This document shows, in pieces, positions 21,878 to 30,574 of a stretch of DNA of 64,000 nt. Position 1 is the first letter of the stretch, and each line of letters begins with the position of its first letter. Origin of the DNA: Alphaproteobacteria bacterium (lineage in GTDB: Bacteria; Pseudomonadota; Alphaproteobacteria; UBA6615). A program made the position numbers and the translations under genes. The notes beneath the pieces are model-generated. The model did not search any database and had not been told where the DNA came from. It worked only from the letters and a program-made list of their open reading frames with translations. Where the stretch lies: positions 76,987-140,986 of the forward strand of contig JAALLF010000004.1 in assembly GCA_011087645.1 (NCBI GenBank), read 5' to 3'.

Positions 21878-22123
21878 ATGTCGTCTAATGGTCCCGTCCA
21901 GAGATCTAAGTCCTCGTTCGACCCGATCACCTGGGGACTCGCCGCGATCTATGTCGCCATATACCTAGGGTTTCTTTTCATCATCGACACCGACGGATTT
22001 TTAAATACAGGTTTCGGTTTAATAACGGCCGTTGTCGTCGCGGTTGTTCTTGTCATCAGTTTTTTTGTGGTCCGCTACGTCATCCGGTTGAGGCTAAAAA
22101 GTATAACTGACCAAGGTGATTAA
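21878..22123 (+). CDS. Small hypothetical membrane protein (2 TM)
   Basis: 81-aa ORF with two hydrophobic stretches, filling the gap after gcdH. Confidence 0.5.
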   Translation: MSSNGPVQRSKSSFDPITWGLAAIYVAIYLGFLFIIDTDGFLNTGFGLITAVVVAVVLVISFFVVRYVIRLRLKSITDQGD

Positions 22124-22172
22124 CCCCGAGCGCGGTAACGCCGCGCTGTGGAATCGCGTATTATTTTGAGAC

Positions 22173-22433
22173 ATGAATAAACAAGAGGCCATCAAAAGAC
22201 TGCGGAAACGTCTCGTCGCGCTGCTCGCGGGCCTCGCCCTGTCCTATGTCATTTCGTTCGGCGTGGCGATTTTTCTGGTGGTCGATGCCGAACTCATGGC
22301 CGACGAAACCGGCAAACCGATCGTCATTGGCATCGCCATTGTCGCTGTCGGCCTCGCCTTCCTTCATGTGCGCGCGCAATTTCGCCGCTACGACTATCTG
22401 GTGCGCATGGCCGAAGGAATGGAAGATGAATGA
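22173..22433 (+). CDS. Small hypothetical membrane protein (2 TM)
   Basis: 86-aa ORF with a basic N-terminus and two hydrophobic helices. Confidence 0.55.
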   Translation: MNKQEAIKRLRKRLVALLAGLALSYVISFGVAIFLVVDAELMADETGKPIVIGIAIVAVGLAFLHVRAQFRRYDYLVRMAEGMEDE

Positions 22434-22455
22434 GCGGCGATAATTCGGTAAGGCG

Positions 22456-23067
22456 TTAGCCGCAGCTTCCGCAAATGCCGTCGGCGGGTTTAAAGCTGAC
22501 GCAGAGCTTGCCGGCATCGGCGCAGGCCAGGTCCATATTTTTAAGACCGCAGCGCATATTGCCGCCCGACGTCTCGCCCTCGAAATGCCCACAGCGCGTA
22601 CAAACGCCGAAATCCGTGCTACCGCAGCGGTTTTGCATTTCGCCGCAGAGCTGGGTCAGCGCGGAGGTCAGCGATTGGGACAAATTGGCGTCGAGTCCCC
22701 GCACCGCAATATCAAGGCAGTTCAGGGGATCCTCGTTTAACAGCGCCGCCCCCTCTTCCGTGATCGCCAGATGACGCACCCGTTTGTCGGTCTTGTGGGC
22801 TACCCGCCGCACATAGCCCTTCTTCTCTAGCGCTTTAAGAGTCTGGCTCGCGGTACCCTTTGTGGTGCCGAGAAAAACCGCCAACCCGCCCGGGGTGCGC
22901 GACAATTGGTTGGCGCGCGCGACAAAACGCAAGCTATCCCATTGGGCCGGATTGAGACCATGGGAGTATTGCAGGCCTCGCGCCATACGGCCGACGCGAT
23001 CCAGGAGTCGCGTCAAATCTTCATGTTTTTCAGTAGGTTCTACGGTGGGTTTAAAGTTTATCGCCAT
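22456..23067 (-). CDS. MarR-family regulator with C-terminal cysteine-rich domain
   Basis: GLNPAQWDSLRF, TKGTASQTLKALEKKGYV, DKRVRHLAIT; tail contains FGVCTRC...RC...LC...CGSCG. Confidence 0.88.
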   Translation of the reverse strand: MAINFKPTVEPTEKHEDLTRLLDRVGRMARGLQYSHGLNPAQWDSLRFVARANQLSRTPGGLAVFLGTTKGTASQTLKALEKKGYVRRVAHKTDKRVRHLAITEEGAALLNEDPLNCLDIAVRGLDANLSQSLTSALTQLCGEMQNRCGSTDFGVCTRCGHFEGETSGGNMRCGLKNMDLACADAGKLCVSFKPADGICGSCG

Positions 23068-23098
23068 GATTTTTATGTTCGATAGGTCAGCTGCGCTA

Positions 23099-23179
23099 TA
23101 TCGTTCCGATAGTGTCGAGTCGATAACATCTTGCGCAACCTGTCTCCATCCTCTATATTTTTACCATAGCGAGTCGATA
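23099..23179. promoter_or_regulatory. Three TATCG-N3-CGATA-type inverted-repeat boxes (candidate MarR operators)
   Basis: TATCGttcCGATA 23099-23111, TGTCGagtCGATA 23113-23125, TAGCGagtCGATA 23167-23179. Confidence 0.6.
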
Positions 23180-23245
23180 CCAATTATCCCCGCACGCCTT
23201 TTGTGGATATAGAACAAGTCGTCGGGTTGTCAAAAGGAATGTCAC

Positions 23246-24139
23246 ATGGCCACATTTGCATCGCACGATATAGAACGCGGAAACCGGCGTTATGCGGCGT
23301 CGGTCATGCGCGCGCCTGTCCTTGAACGCGAGCACGAATTCGACCTTGCACGCCGTTGGCGCGATCATAAAGACGAAGACGCGCTGCACGAGATCATCGA
23401 AGCCTACGCCCGATTCGTTTTGCGGATCGCGTGGAAATTCCGCGGCTATGGGTTACCGGTCGGTGATTTAGTGCAAGAAGGTAATATTGGCCTCATGGAA
23501 GCGGCACAGCGTTTCGATCCCGAGCGCAATGCCCGGTTCTCGACCTATGCCTCCTGGTGGATCATGGCCGCCATTCAGGACCATATCCTACGCAATAACT
23601 CCATTGTCCGGGTCGCGACGACCCCGGCTCAGCGACGCCTGTTCTTCAACCTGCGACGGGTGCGCGCCAAGCTTGCGACCGGCATCGACGGCGAGCTGAC
23701 GGATTTCGACCGCGAGGTCGTCGCCCAGCATCTCGACGTGAAGGTGAAGGACGTGGAGCGCATGGAGGGCCATTTAAGCGGCGCCGATAGCTCGCTCAAC
23801 GCCACGGTCAGCACCGAGGACGATTTACAGTTCCAAGATCTGCTTGCCGATGAAGGCCCTAACCCAGAAGAGGTTACGGCATCTCAGGTCGACGGCGAAA
23901 CCCGCTCGAAATGGCTGCACGAGGCGTTGGATACACTTAGCGATCGCGAACGTAAGATTATCGCCCGGCGGTTCCTAGAGGACGATAAGAGCACTTTGGC
24001 GGAAATCGGCGAGAGTTTCGGCGTCAGCAAGGAGCGCATTCGCCAGATCGAATCGAAGGCTCTGGATAAGCTTCGCCACGAGCTTAAGCAGCACGCGGTG
24101 AACCCCAGCGAGCTGCTCAGTCTAAATCTTACGCATTAA
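23246..24139 (+). CDS. rpoH: RNA polymerase sigma-32 family factor (RpoH2-like)
   Basis: GYGLPVGDLVQEGNIGLM, RFSTYASWWI, RpoH box QRRLFFNLR, GVSKERIRQIE. Confidence 0.9.
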   Translation: MATFASHDIERGNRRYAASVMRAPVLEREHEFDLARRWRDHKDEDALHEIIEAYARFVLRIAWKFRGYGLPVGDLVQEGNIGLMEAAQRFDPERNARFSTYASWWIMAAIQDHILRNNSIVRVATTPAQRRLFFNLRRVRAKLATGIDGELTDFDREVVAQHLDVKVKDVERMEGHLSGADSSLNATVSTEDDLQFQDLLADEGPNPEEVTASQVDGETRSKWLHEALDTLSDRERKIIARRFLEDDKSTLAEIGESFGVSKERIRQIESKALDKLRHELKQHAVNPSELLSLNLTH

Positions 24140-24196
24140 TGCTGAGCGCCGGCTAAGCGGCGCGGCGTAAAGGACCAGTCGAACAGTCGAAACCGC

Positions 24197-24685
24197 TTAA
24201 GCGGCGGTTTCGACGCGACTGAATTCAGAAACGCGCGGTCCGAAACCGAGCTGCTGCAGCCAGAAGCTCTCAATATTGCGGAGAATATCGTTGGCGTTGG
24301 TCAGGGTTTCCGGGTCGAGGCCGGCGTCGCTGACTTCCGTGGCGTGGCGCTCGAACATAATTTCCAGAGCCCGGCTCAGAGCCAAACCCTTATCGGTCAG
24401 CCGAACCCGGACCGAACGGCGGTCATGGGACGAGCGTTCCTGGTGCAAATAGCCGTTTTCCGTCATTTTCTTGACGTTATAGGAAACGTTAGAACCCAGA
24501 TAGTAGCCGCGCAGCGTCAACTCACCGACCGTCAGCTCATCGCCGCCGATATTGTACAAGATCAACGCCTGGACGTTGTTAATGTCCCGCACATCGGTGC
24601 TGTCGAGCTCATTCTTAATGACCTCGAGAAACTGCCTATGCATCCGTTCGAGCGCATTAATTGTCGTTAGATAAGCCTGCTTCAC
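24197..24685 (-). CDS. MarR-family regulator (LdtR-like)
   Basis: ERMHRQFLEVIK, DINNVQALILYNIG, RGYYLGSNVSYN, DRRSVRVRLT; GTG start after GGAGG. Confidence 0.85.
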   Translation of the reverse strand: MKQAYLTTINALERMHRQFLEVIKNELDSTDVRDINNVQALILYNIGGDELTVGELTLRGYYLGSNVSYNVKKMTENGYLHQERSSHDRRSVRVRLTDKGLALSRALEIMFERHATEVSDAGLDPETLTNANDILRNIESFWLQQLGFGPRVSEFSRVETAA

Positions 24686-24742
24686 GGTCCGCCCTCCCGG
24701 GTTTTGTGTGATGAATTCGAGCCGCAATTATCGCTTTAAGGG

Positions 24743-24758
24743 GTTAAAGATGGCTTAA
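24743..24758 (-). promoter_or_regulatory. CtrA-binding consensus site upstream of the LdtR-like gene
   Basis: Minus strand TTAA-gccatct-TTAAC (exact TTAA-N7-TTAAC), with additional TTAA half sites on both sides. Confidence 0.6.
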
Positions 24759-24816
24759 GGTAATTTAACCAAAAACCGCTCTAAAATTGATTGAATTTGT
24801 TGCTATTTGGACAGTT

Positions 24817-25707
24817 TCAGCTATCTCGGATTTGCCGAATAATCGCCGAAAAATCAAGCTCTGCGTTGCGCCCCGAGCTGGCGAACGCATCGAACAGTTC
24901 GGTGGCGTGCGCCGCCAATGGGGTATTGGCGTCTGCCGAGGCGGCGGCTTCCTGAGACAGCTTCAAATCTTTTAACATCATGGCGACGGTAAAACCCGCC
25001 TCATAATCGCGATTGGCCGGCGACGTGGGCACCGGGCCCGGCACCGGGCAATAGCTTGACATGGCCCAACATTGGCTGGTCGCCGTGGAGACGATATCCC
25101 AGAGTTTCTGTGCATCAAGATCGAGTTTTTCGCCCAACAGGAACCCTTCGCTGACCGCAATCATCTGGATTGCCAGCATTAAATTGTTGCAAACCTTGAC
25201 CGCCTGGCCACTTCCCGGGCCCCCGGCATGGAAAATATTCTTACCCATGGCCGCCAAGATCGGTTCGGCACGGCCAAAAGCGGCGTCGGTGCCGCCGCAC
25301 ATGAACGTCAGGGTGCCGGCCTCCGCGCCGCCGATTCCGCCGGAGACCGGCGCATCGATCATTTCCAGCCCCTTGTCGGCGGCAACCGCAATGACCTCAC
25401 GCGCCGTCGTCACATCGATGGTGGAAGAATCGATTAACAGCGTGCCGGCGCCAACCGTGTCGATAATCTTGTCGTCGTCGATAAAGACCGAGCGCACATG
25501 AGCCCCGGCCGGCAGCATAGTGACGACCACTTCCGCATCGGCCGCAGCGGCCGCGGCGTTGTCGGCGGCAGTTGCCCCAGACGCCACCGCCCGCGCTACC
25601 GCATCGGGCACCAAATCGAAGGCGGCAACGCTATGGCCGGTCTCAATTAAATTGGCCACCATCGGGCCGCCCATATTGCCCAGTCCAATAAATCCGATCT
25701 TCGACAT
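24817..25707 (-). CDS. mmsB: 3-hydroxyisobutyrate dehydrogenase
   Basis: FIGLGNMGGPM, DAPVSGG...AEAGTLTFM, KVCNN, CPVPGPVPTSPANRDY, MLKDL. Confidence 0.95.
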   Translation of the reverse strand: MSKIGFIGLGNMGGPMVANLIETGHSVAAFDLVPDAVARAVASGATAADNAAAAAADAEVVVTMLPAGAHVRSVFIDDDKIIDTVGAGTLLIDSSTIDVTTAREVIAVAADKGLEMIDAPVSGGIGGAEAGTLTFMCGGTDAAFGRAEPILAAMGKNIFHAGGPGSGQAVKVCNNLMLAIQMIAVSEGFLLGEKLDLDAQKLWDIVSTATSQCWAMSSYCPVPGPVPTSPANRDYEAGFTVAMMLKDLKLSQEAAASADANTPLAAHATELFDAFASSGRNAELDFSAIIRQIRDS

Positions 25708-25733
25708 GCTCTCTCCCCTTTAAGCGTACGCCG

Positions 25734-26780
25734 TTAGCCGAAATCCGGCTCACCGGCGGCGGCTGCAAAATATTCATCGACATCGCTATCGCTCACACCG
25801 GCCAAATCGGCGGGTTGCCACTTTGACGCCCCATCCTTATCGATGACCACGGCCCGGATGCCTTCGAATAAATCATGGCCCCGGAAACATCGGTCGGCAA
25901 TGCGATATTCCATTGTCATGGCGTCTTCGAAGCGCACCAGCGTCGGGCCGAGGCGGAGCTGGCGATAGGATACTTTCAAGCTGGTCGGCGATTTGACGGC
26001 CATCGCCATGACGGTTTCTCCCGCCCAGTTGCTGCCTTCAGCGTTCAAGCGCTCGATAATCTCCTCAACGCTGCCACCCGAAAAACACCGATCGATCGCC
26101 TCACGATGGTCGGACAGCGTATCGGGGCCGGGGTCGCCAGTGAGTTCGGCCAGTATCTTGTCGATGCTCTCATTGTCACTGGCGCCGCCAGCCAGGGTAT
26201 CGATGACTGCGTTAAGACGCTCGGACGGGATGAAAACATCGCCGATACCGGCGTACAGACAATCGGCAGCGCGCAACCGTTGGCCGGTCAGGCCAAGATA
26301 CATGCCGATTTCGCCGGGACAACGCGGCAGAAACCAACTGGCGCCGACGTCGGGAAACAGCCCGATACCGGTTTCCGGCATGGCAAACAGGGTTTGCTCA
26401 GTGACTACCCGGTGCGACCCGTGGATCGAGACGCCGACGCCACCACCCATCACCACCCCATCCATCAGGGCAATATAGGGCTTCGGATAATTAAAAATGG
26501 TGACGTTCTGGGTGTACTCGGCGCCGTAGTAGGTCGGTCCAAAATCGGTACCGCGCTTGTCATAGAGATCGCGAATATCGCCGCCGGCGCAAAAGGCGCG
26601 GTCGCCGGCTCCCTGAATGACCACCGCGGAGATCGACGCATCGCCCGCCCAGGCATGAAGCTGCGGCTCCATCGCCTCGACCATGGCCAGCGATAGGGCA
26701 TTCAGCGCTTGTGGTTTATTCAGCGTAATAATTCCGAGGGCGCCCCGGGATTCAAAGATAACTTCGGAAGTATCGGACAT
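25734..26780 (-). CDS. 3-hydroxyisobutyryl-CoA hydrolase (enoyl-CoA hydratase family)
   Basis: AFCAGGDI, GVVMGGGVG, FAMPETGIGLFPDVG, EGIRAVVIDKD. Confidence 0.9.
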   Translation of the reverse strand: MSDTSEVIFESRGALGIITLNKPQALNALSLAMVEAMEPQLHAWAGDASISAVVIQGAGDRAFCAGGDIRDLYDKRGTDFGPTYYGAEYTQNVTIFNYPKPYIALMDGVVMGGGVGVSIHGSHRVVTEQTLFAMPETGIGLFPDVGASWFLPRCPGEIGMYLGLTGQRLRAADCLYAGIGDVFIPSERLNAVIDTLAGGASDNESIDKILAELTGDPGPDTLSDHREAIDRCFSGGSVEEIIERLNAEGSNWAGETVMAMAVKSPTSLKVSYRQLRLGPTLVRFEDAMTMEYRIADRCFRGHDLFEGIRAVVIDKDGASKWQPADLAGVSDSDVDEYFAAAAGEPDFG

Positions 26781-26793
26781 CTTATTGTTTTAA

Positions 26794-27933
26794 CTACTGT
26801 CTTAGAAAGTCGCGGGCGATGATGACGCGCATAATCTCGTTTGTGCCTTCGAGAATCTGATGGACCCGTAAATCGCGCAAATAGCGTTCAATCGGGAATT
26901 CCTTGAGATAACCGTATCCGCCGTGGAGTTGTAGCGCGCGGTTGACGATGTCGAAGCCCTGGTCAGTTGCCAGGCGCTTCGCCATCGCCGCCGCCGCCGT
27001 GGTGCCCGGCGCGCTATTATCGAGCATCCAGGCGGCGCGGTGCAGCATCACCCGCGCCGATTCGAGTTCGGTCGCCATGTCGGCCAGTTGAAACTGCAAG
27101 GCCTGGAATTCGGCCAGGGTTTGTCCAAATTGCTTGCGGGTCTTCATATGTTCACGGGCCAATTCCAGGCAGGCGCGCGCGCCACCGGTCGAGCAGGCGC
27201 CGATATTGATGCGGCCACCGTCGAGGCCCTGCATGGCGATCTTAAATCCGTCGCCCTCCTCGCCGATACGATTGGCCACGGGGACACGGCAATCTTGAAA
27301 AATTACCGCCGCCGTTAGTTGGCTATTCCAGCCGAGCTTCTTTTCCAGCTTGCCGAAACTGAGGCCCGGGGCGTCTTTTTCGACGGCGATACACGAGATG
27401 CCGTCGGCCCCTTCACCGCCCGTGCGCAGCATGCACACATAGATATCCGAGGCAGACCCGCCGGATATGAAGGCCTTCTCGCCATTGATCACATAATCGT
27501 CGCCGTCGCGCACCGCGCGTGAGGTCAACGCCGCCGCATCGGATCCGGCGCCGGGTTCGGTCAAGCAATAGCTGGCGAAATGCTCCATGGTCATGAGCCT
27601 GGGCAACAAACGGGCGCGGATCTCATCGCCGCCAAACCGGTCGATCATCCAGGACGACATATTGTGGATCGAGATATAGGCCGCCGTGGACGGGCACGCT
27701 GTCGCCAATTCCTCGAAGATGAGCGCCGCGTCGAGCCGTCCCAGGCCCGAGCCGCCATGGGCCTCACTACAATAAATGCCGGCAAGACCCTGGGCGGCTG
27801 CCTGGCGCAGGGTATCGACGGGGAATATGGTCTCGGCATCCCATCGCGCGGCGTGGGGCAGCATTTCATCGGTGGCAAAGCCGCGCGCCATATCCTGAAT
27901 GGCGATCTGTTCTTCGCTAAGCTGAAAATCCAC
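26794..27933 (-). CDS. Isobutyryl-CoA dehydrogenase (ACAD8-like)
   Basis: AYISIHNM, SYCLTEPGAGSDAA, LDGGRINIG, LQLHGGYGYL, RVHQILEGTNEIMR. Confidence 0.9.
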   Translation of the reverse strand: MDFQLSEEQIAIQDMARGFATDEMLPHAARWDAETIFPVDTLRQAAAQGLAGIYCSEAHGGSGLGRLDAALIFEELATACPSTAAYISIHNMSSWMIDRFGGDEIRARLLPRLMTMEHFASYCLTEPGAGSDAAALTSRAVRDGDDYVINGEKAFISGGSASDIYVCMLRTGGEGADGISCIAVEKDAPGLSFGKLEKKLGWNSQLTAAVIFQDCRVPVANRIGEEGDGFKIAMQGLDGGRINIGACSTGGARACLELAREHMKTRKQFGQTLAEFQALQFQLADMATELESARVMLHRAAWMLDNSAPGTTAAAAMAKRLATDQGFDIVNRALQLHGGYGYLKEFPIERYLRDLRVHQILEGTNEIMRVIIARDFLRQ

Positions 27934-28090
27934 GGCCCACAGCCTCCCCTAACCTCGTGCGCGATAATAGCTGCGGTTTGCCAGACCGCAAGGAACAGCA
28001 CAATAATACCGATGAGACATGGCAGCGGGCCGCCGGTAGCGCTATGTTGCCGGTCGTAAATTTGGCTTTTGGCGAAAGATCGATAGTGCA

Positions 28091-29107
28091 ATGACCCGCG
28101 GCCCGACCACGCCCATTGGCGCCTATCCGCAGACCCGCATGCGCCGCAATCGGCGCTATGACTGGTCGCGGCGCATGGTGCGCGAAAATCAGCTCAGCCC
28201 AGACGATTTCATTTGGCCGCTCTTCGTGCGCGATGGCACCGGCACCGCCGAGGATATCCCCACCATGCCGGGGGTGGTGCGCCGCACCGTCGATTTGCTG
28301 GCCGACGCGGTTGGCGAGGCCAAGGGGTTGGGCATTCCCTCGGTGGCGATCTTCCCGGCGATCGATCCCGATCTCAAAACCCCGATGGCCGAGGAGGCCT
28401 GGAACCCGGACAATTTGGTGTGCCAGGCCATTCGCACCATCAAGGATGCCCATCCCGAGGTCGGTATCGTCTGCGACGTGGCCCTCGACCCCTTCAACTC
28501 AGACGGCCATGACGGCATCGTGCGCGATGGGCATGTGGCCAATGACGAAACCATCGAAGCCCTGTGCCGCCAGGCCTTGGTTCAGGTAGAGGCCGGATGC
28601 GATATCATCGCACCGTCGGACATGATGGACGGACGGGTCGGAGCTATCCGTGAAGCCCTCGATACCTCGGGATGCGAGCAAGCCCAAATCATGTCTTACG
28701 CCGCGAAATTTTCTTCGGCCTTTTACGGCCCGTTCCGCGACGCCATCGACAGTTCCGGATTTCTCGCTGGCGAGACCAAGGATACCTACCAGATGGATCC
28801 GGCCAATACCGACGAGGCCCTGCGCGAGGTTGCCCTCGATATTGCGGAAGGCGCGGACATGGTCATGGTCAAGCCCGGCCTGCCCTATCTCGATATCATT
28901 TGGCGGGTCAAGGAGCGCTTCGGCGTGCCGACCTTCGCCTACAATGTCAGCGGCGAGTACGCCATGCTGCGTTTCGCCGCCGAAGCCGATGCAATCGACT
29001 TTACCAAGGCGATGATGGAAACCCTGGTCTCGTTCAAACGCGCCGGTTGTAACGGGGTGCTGACCTATTTCGCCGTCGACGCCGCCCGTCTGCTCGGTGA
29101 TCAGTAA
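28091..29107 (+). CDS. hemB: Porphobilinogen synthase (Asp-rich, Mg-type)
   Basis: RMRRNR, DVALDPFNSDGHDG, APSDMMDGR, SAFYGPFRDA, MVKPG, SGEYAM. Confidence 0.96.
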   Translation: MTRGPTTPIGAYPQTRMRRNRRYDWSRRMVRENQLSPDDFIWPLFVRDGTGTAEDIPTMPGVVRRTVDLLADAVGEAKGLGIPSVAIFPAIDPDLKTPMAEEAWNPDNLVCQAIRTIKDAHPEVGIVCDVALDPFNSDGHDGIVRDGHVANDETIEALCRQALVQVEAGCDIIAPSDMMDGRVGAIREALDTSGCEQAQIMSYAAKFSSAFYGPFRDAIDSSGFLAGETKDTYQMDPANTDEALREVALDIAEGADMVMVKPGLPYLDIIWRVKERFGVPTFAYNVSGEYAMLRFAAEADAIDFTKAMMETLVSFKRAGCNGVLTYFAVDAARLLGDQ

Positions 29108-29111
29108 GCCA

Positions 29112-29735
29112 ATGACCGAGCACGATGCGCGGGACGGTAACGGCGCGCCACCGCCGTTTTTCGTTTATTACAATCCCCGGGTTCATATGTTTAAGCTTAT
29201 GGCCATTCTGGCGATTGCCATCGTCTTGGCGCTATTGCCGTTCCTGGTCGAGAATGTCGAAACCGACCCGTTTCGTTTGATCGGCGGGATCGTCATCGTA
29301 TTTCTGATCTGGGCCTATCTGACCGGCAGCCGCATTCGCGATCGCCGCCCCCAGGTAGTGGTCGACCCCGATGGCATCTATGTGCGTGACTGGCATTCTG
29401 ACATTGTGCCGTGGGAAGACATCGAATTCATTTCCCATTCCAGTTCGGTGCGACGTGGCATCATCAGCGCCCTGACACGCTCGCGGCGCGGGCCCTATCT
29501 GCTGTTTAGCTTTAGCCGGATGCCAACGTTCATTGCCTCGGTGCCACCGCCTTTCTCCTTCTTCCAGAGAATGTGGAACGATATCGAACTGCAGGAGCCC
29601 GCGATTATGGAATATGGTTTGGACACCAAGGCCACGGTGATCTTGCGCGCCATTCAAGACCACATCGCTTATTGGCAAAACACCCCCAATGACACGGGCG
29701 ACAAGACAACAATCGTCCCGCCACCCTTGGGATAA
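29112..29735 (+). CDS. Hypothetical membrane protein (2 TM plus soluble, possibly PH-like domain)
   Basis: Two TM helices followed by PQVVVDPDGI...VPWEDI; lies directly after hemB. Confidence 0.6.
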   Translation: MTEHDARDGNGAPPPFFVYYNPRVHMFKLMAILAIAIVLALLPFLVENVETDPFRLIGGIVIVFLIWAYLTGSRIRDRRPQVVVDPDGIYVRDWHSDIVPWEDIEFISHSSSVRRGIISALTRSRRGPYLLFSFSRMPTFIASVPPPFSFFQRMWNDIELQEPAIMEYGLDTKATVILRAIQDHIAYWQNTPNDTGDKTTIVPPPLG

Positions 29736-29857
29736 ATTCGACCTTCAACTATTGTTGAAGGGAGCTAGCGCGACTACGATTTAATCCGTACCAATAATAA
29801 AAAAGCGGCCCGTTCGTCGATCAACCGCAATCGACCCGATACAGAGGAGACAGATAG

Positions 29858-30523
29858 ATGACTTTGCAAATTGGCAACACCGCACCTGATTTCGTTGCTG
29901 AAACCACTGAAGGCAGCATTAATTTTTACGACTGGGTCGGCGACAGCTGGTGCGTTCTGTTTTCCCACCCGAAGGATTTTACGCCGGTCTGTACAACCGA
30001 ACTTGGCTATATGGCTAAGTTAAAACCCGAATTCGACAAGCGTAACGTCAAAATCATCGGCCTCAGCATCGATCCGGTCGACAATCACGACAAATGGCTG
30101 AAGGACATTGAGGATACGGCAGGCGTTCCGGTCAGCTATCCGCTCATCGGCGACACAAACCTCGCCGTGGCCAAACTTTACGGCATGCTCCCGGCCGACA
30201 CTGAAGGCGGCGCCGAAGGGCGCACGCCAGCTGACAATGCCACCGTGCGCAATGTCTATGTCGTCGGCCCTGATAAGGGGATCAAGTTGATGATTTCCTA
30301 TCCCATGAGCACCGGCCGCAACTTCGATGAAATTCTGCGCGCCATCGACTCGCTGCAACTCACCGCGAACCATCAAGTGGCAACCCCGGTGAATTGGAAG
30401 CAGGGCGAGGATGTCATCATTCTGCCGGCCATTTCTGATGAAGTAGCAAAAGGGAAATACCCGGACGGCTGGGAATCACCTAAGCCTTATATCCGGATCG
30501 TTCCTGATCCGAGCTATGGATAG
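29858..30523 (+). CDS. 1-Cys peroxiredoxin (Prx6)
   Basis: FSHPKDFTPVCTTE, TVRNV, YPMSTGRNFDEILR, ATPVNW. Confidence 0.95.
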   Translation: MTLQIGNTAPDFVAETTEGSINFYDWVGDSWCVLFSHPKDFTPVCTTELGYMAKLKPEFDKRNVKIIGLSIDPVDNHDKWLKDIEDTAGVPVSYPLIGDTNLAVAKLYGMLPADTEGGAEGRTPADNATVRNVYVVGPDKGIKLMISYPMSTGRNFDEILRAIDSLQLTANHQVATPVNWKQGEDVIILPAISDEVAKGKYPDGWESPKPYIRIVPDPSYG

Positions 30524-30540
30524 CCACCATATTATGAATT

Positions 30541-30570
30541 GAAACGGGCGCTCTTCAGAGCGCCCGTTTC
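30541..30570. terminator. Stem-loop between convergent prx and YheT-like genes
   Basis: GAAACGGGCGCTC-ttca-GAGCGCCCGTTTC, a 13-bp perfect stem. Confidence 0.75.
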
Positions 30571-30574
30571 GCGT

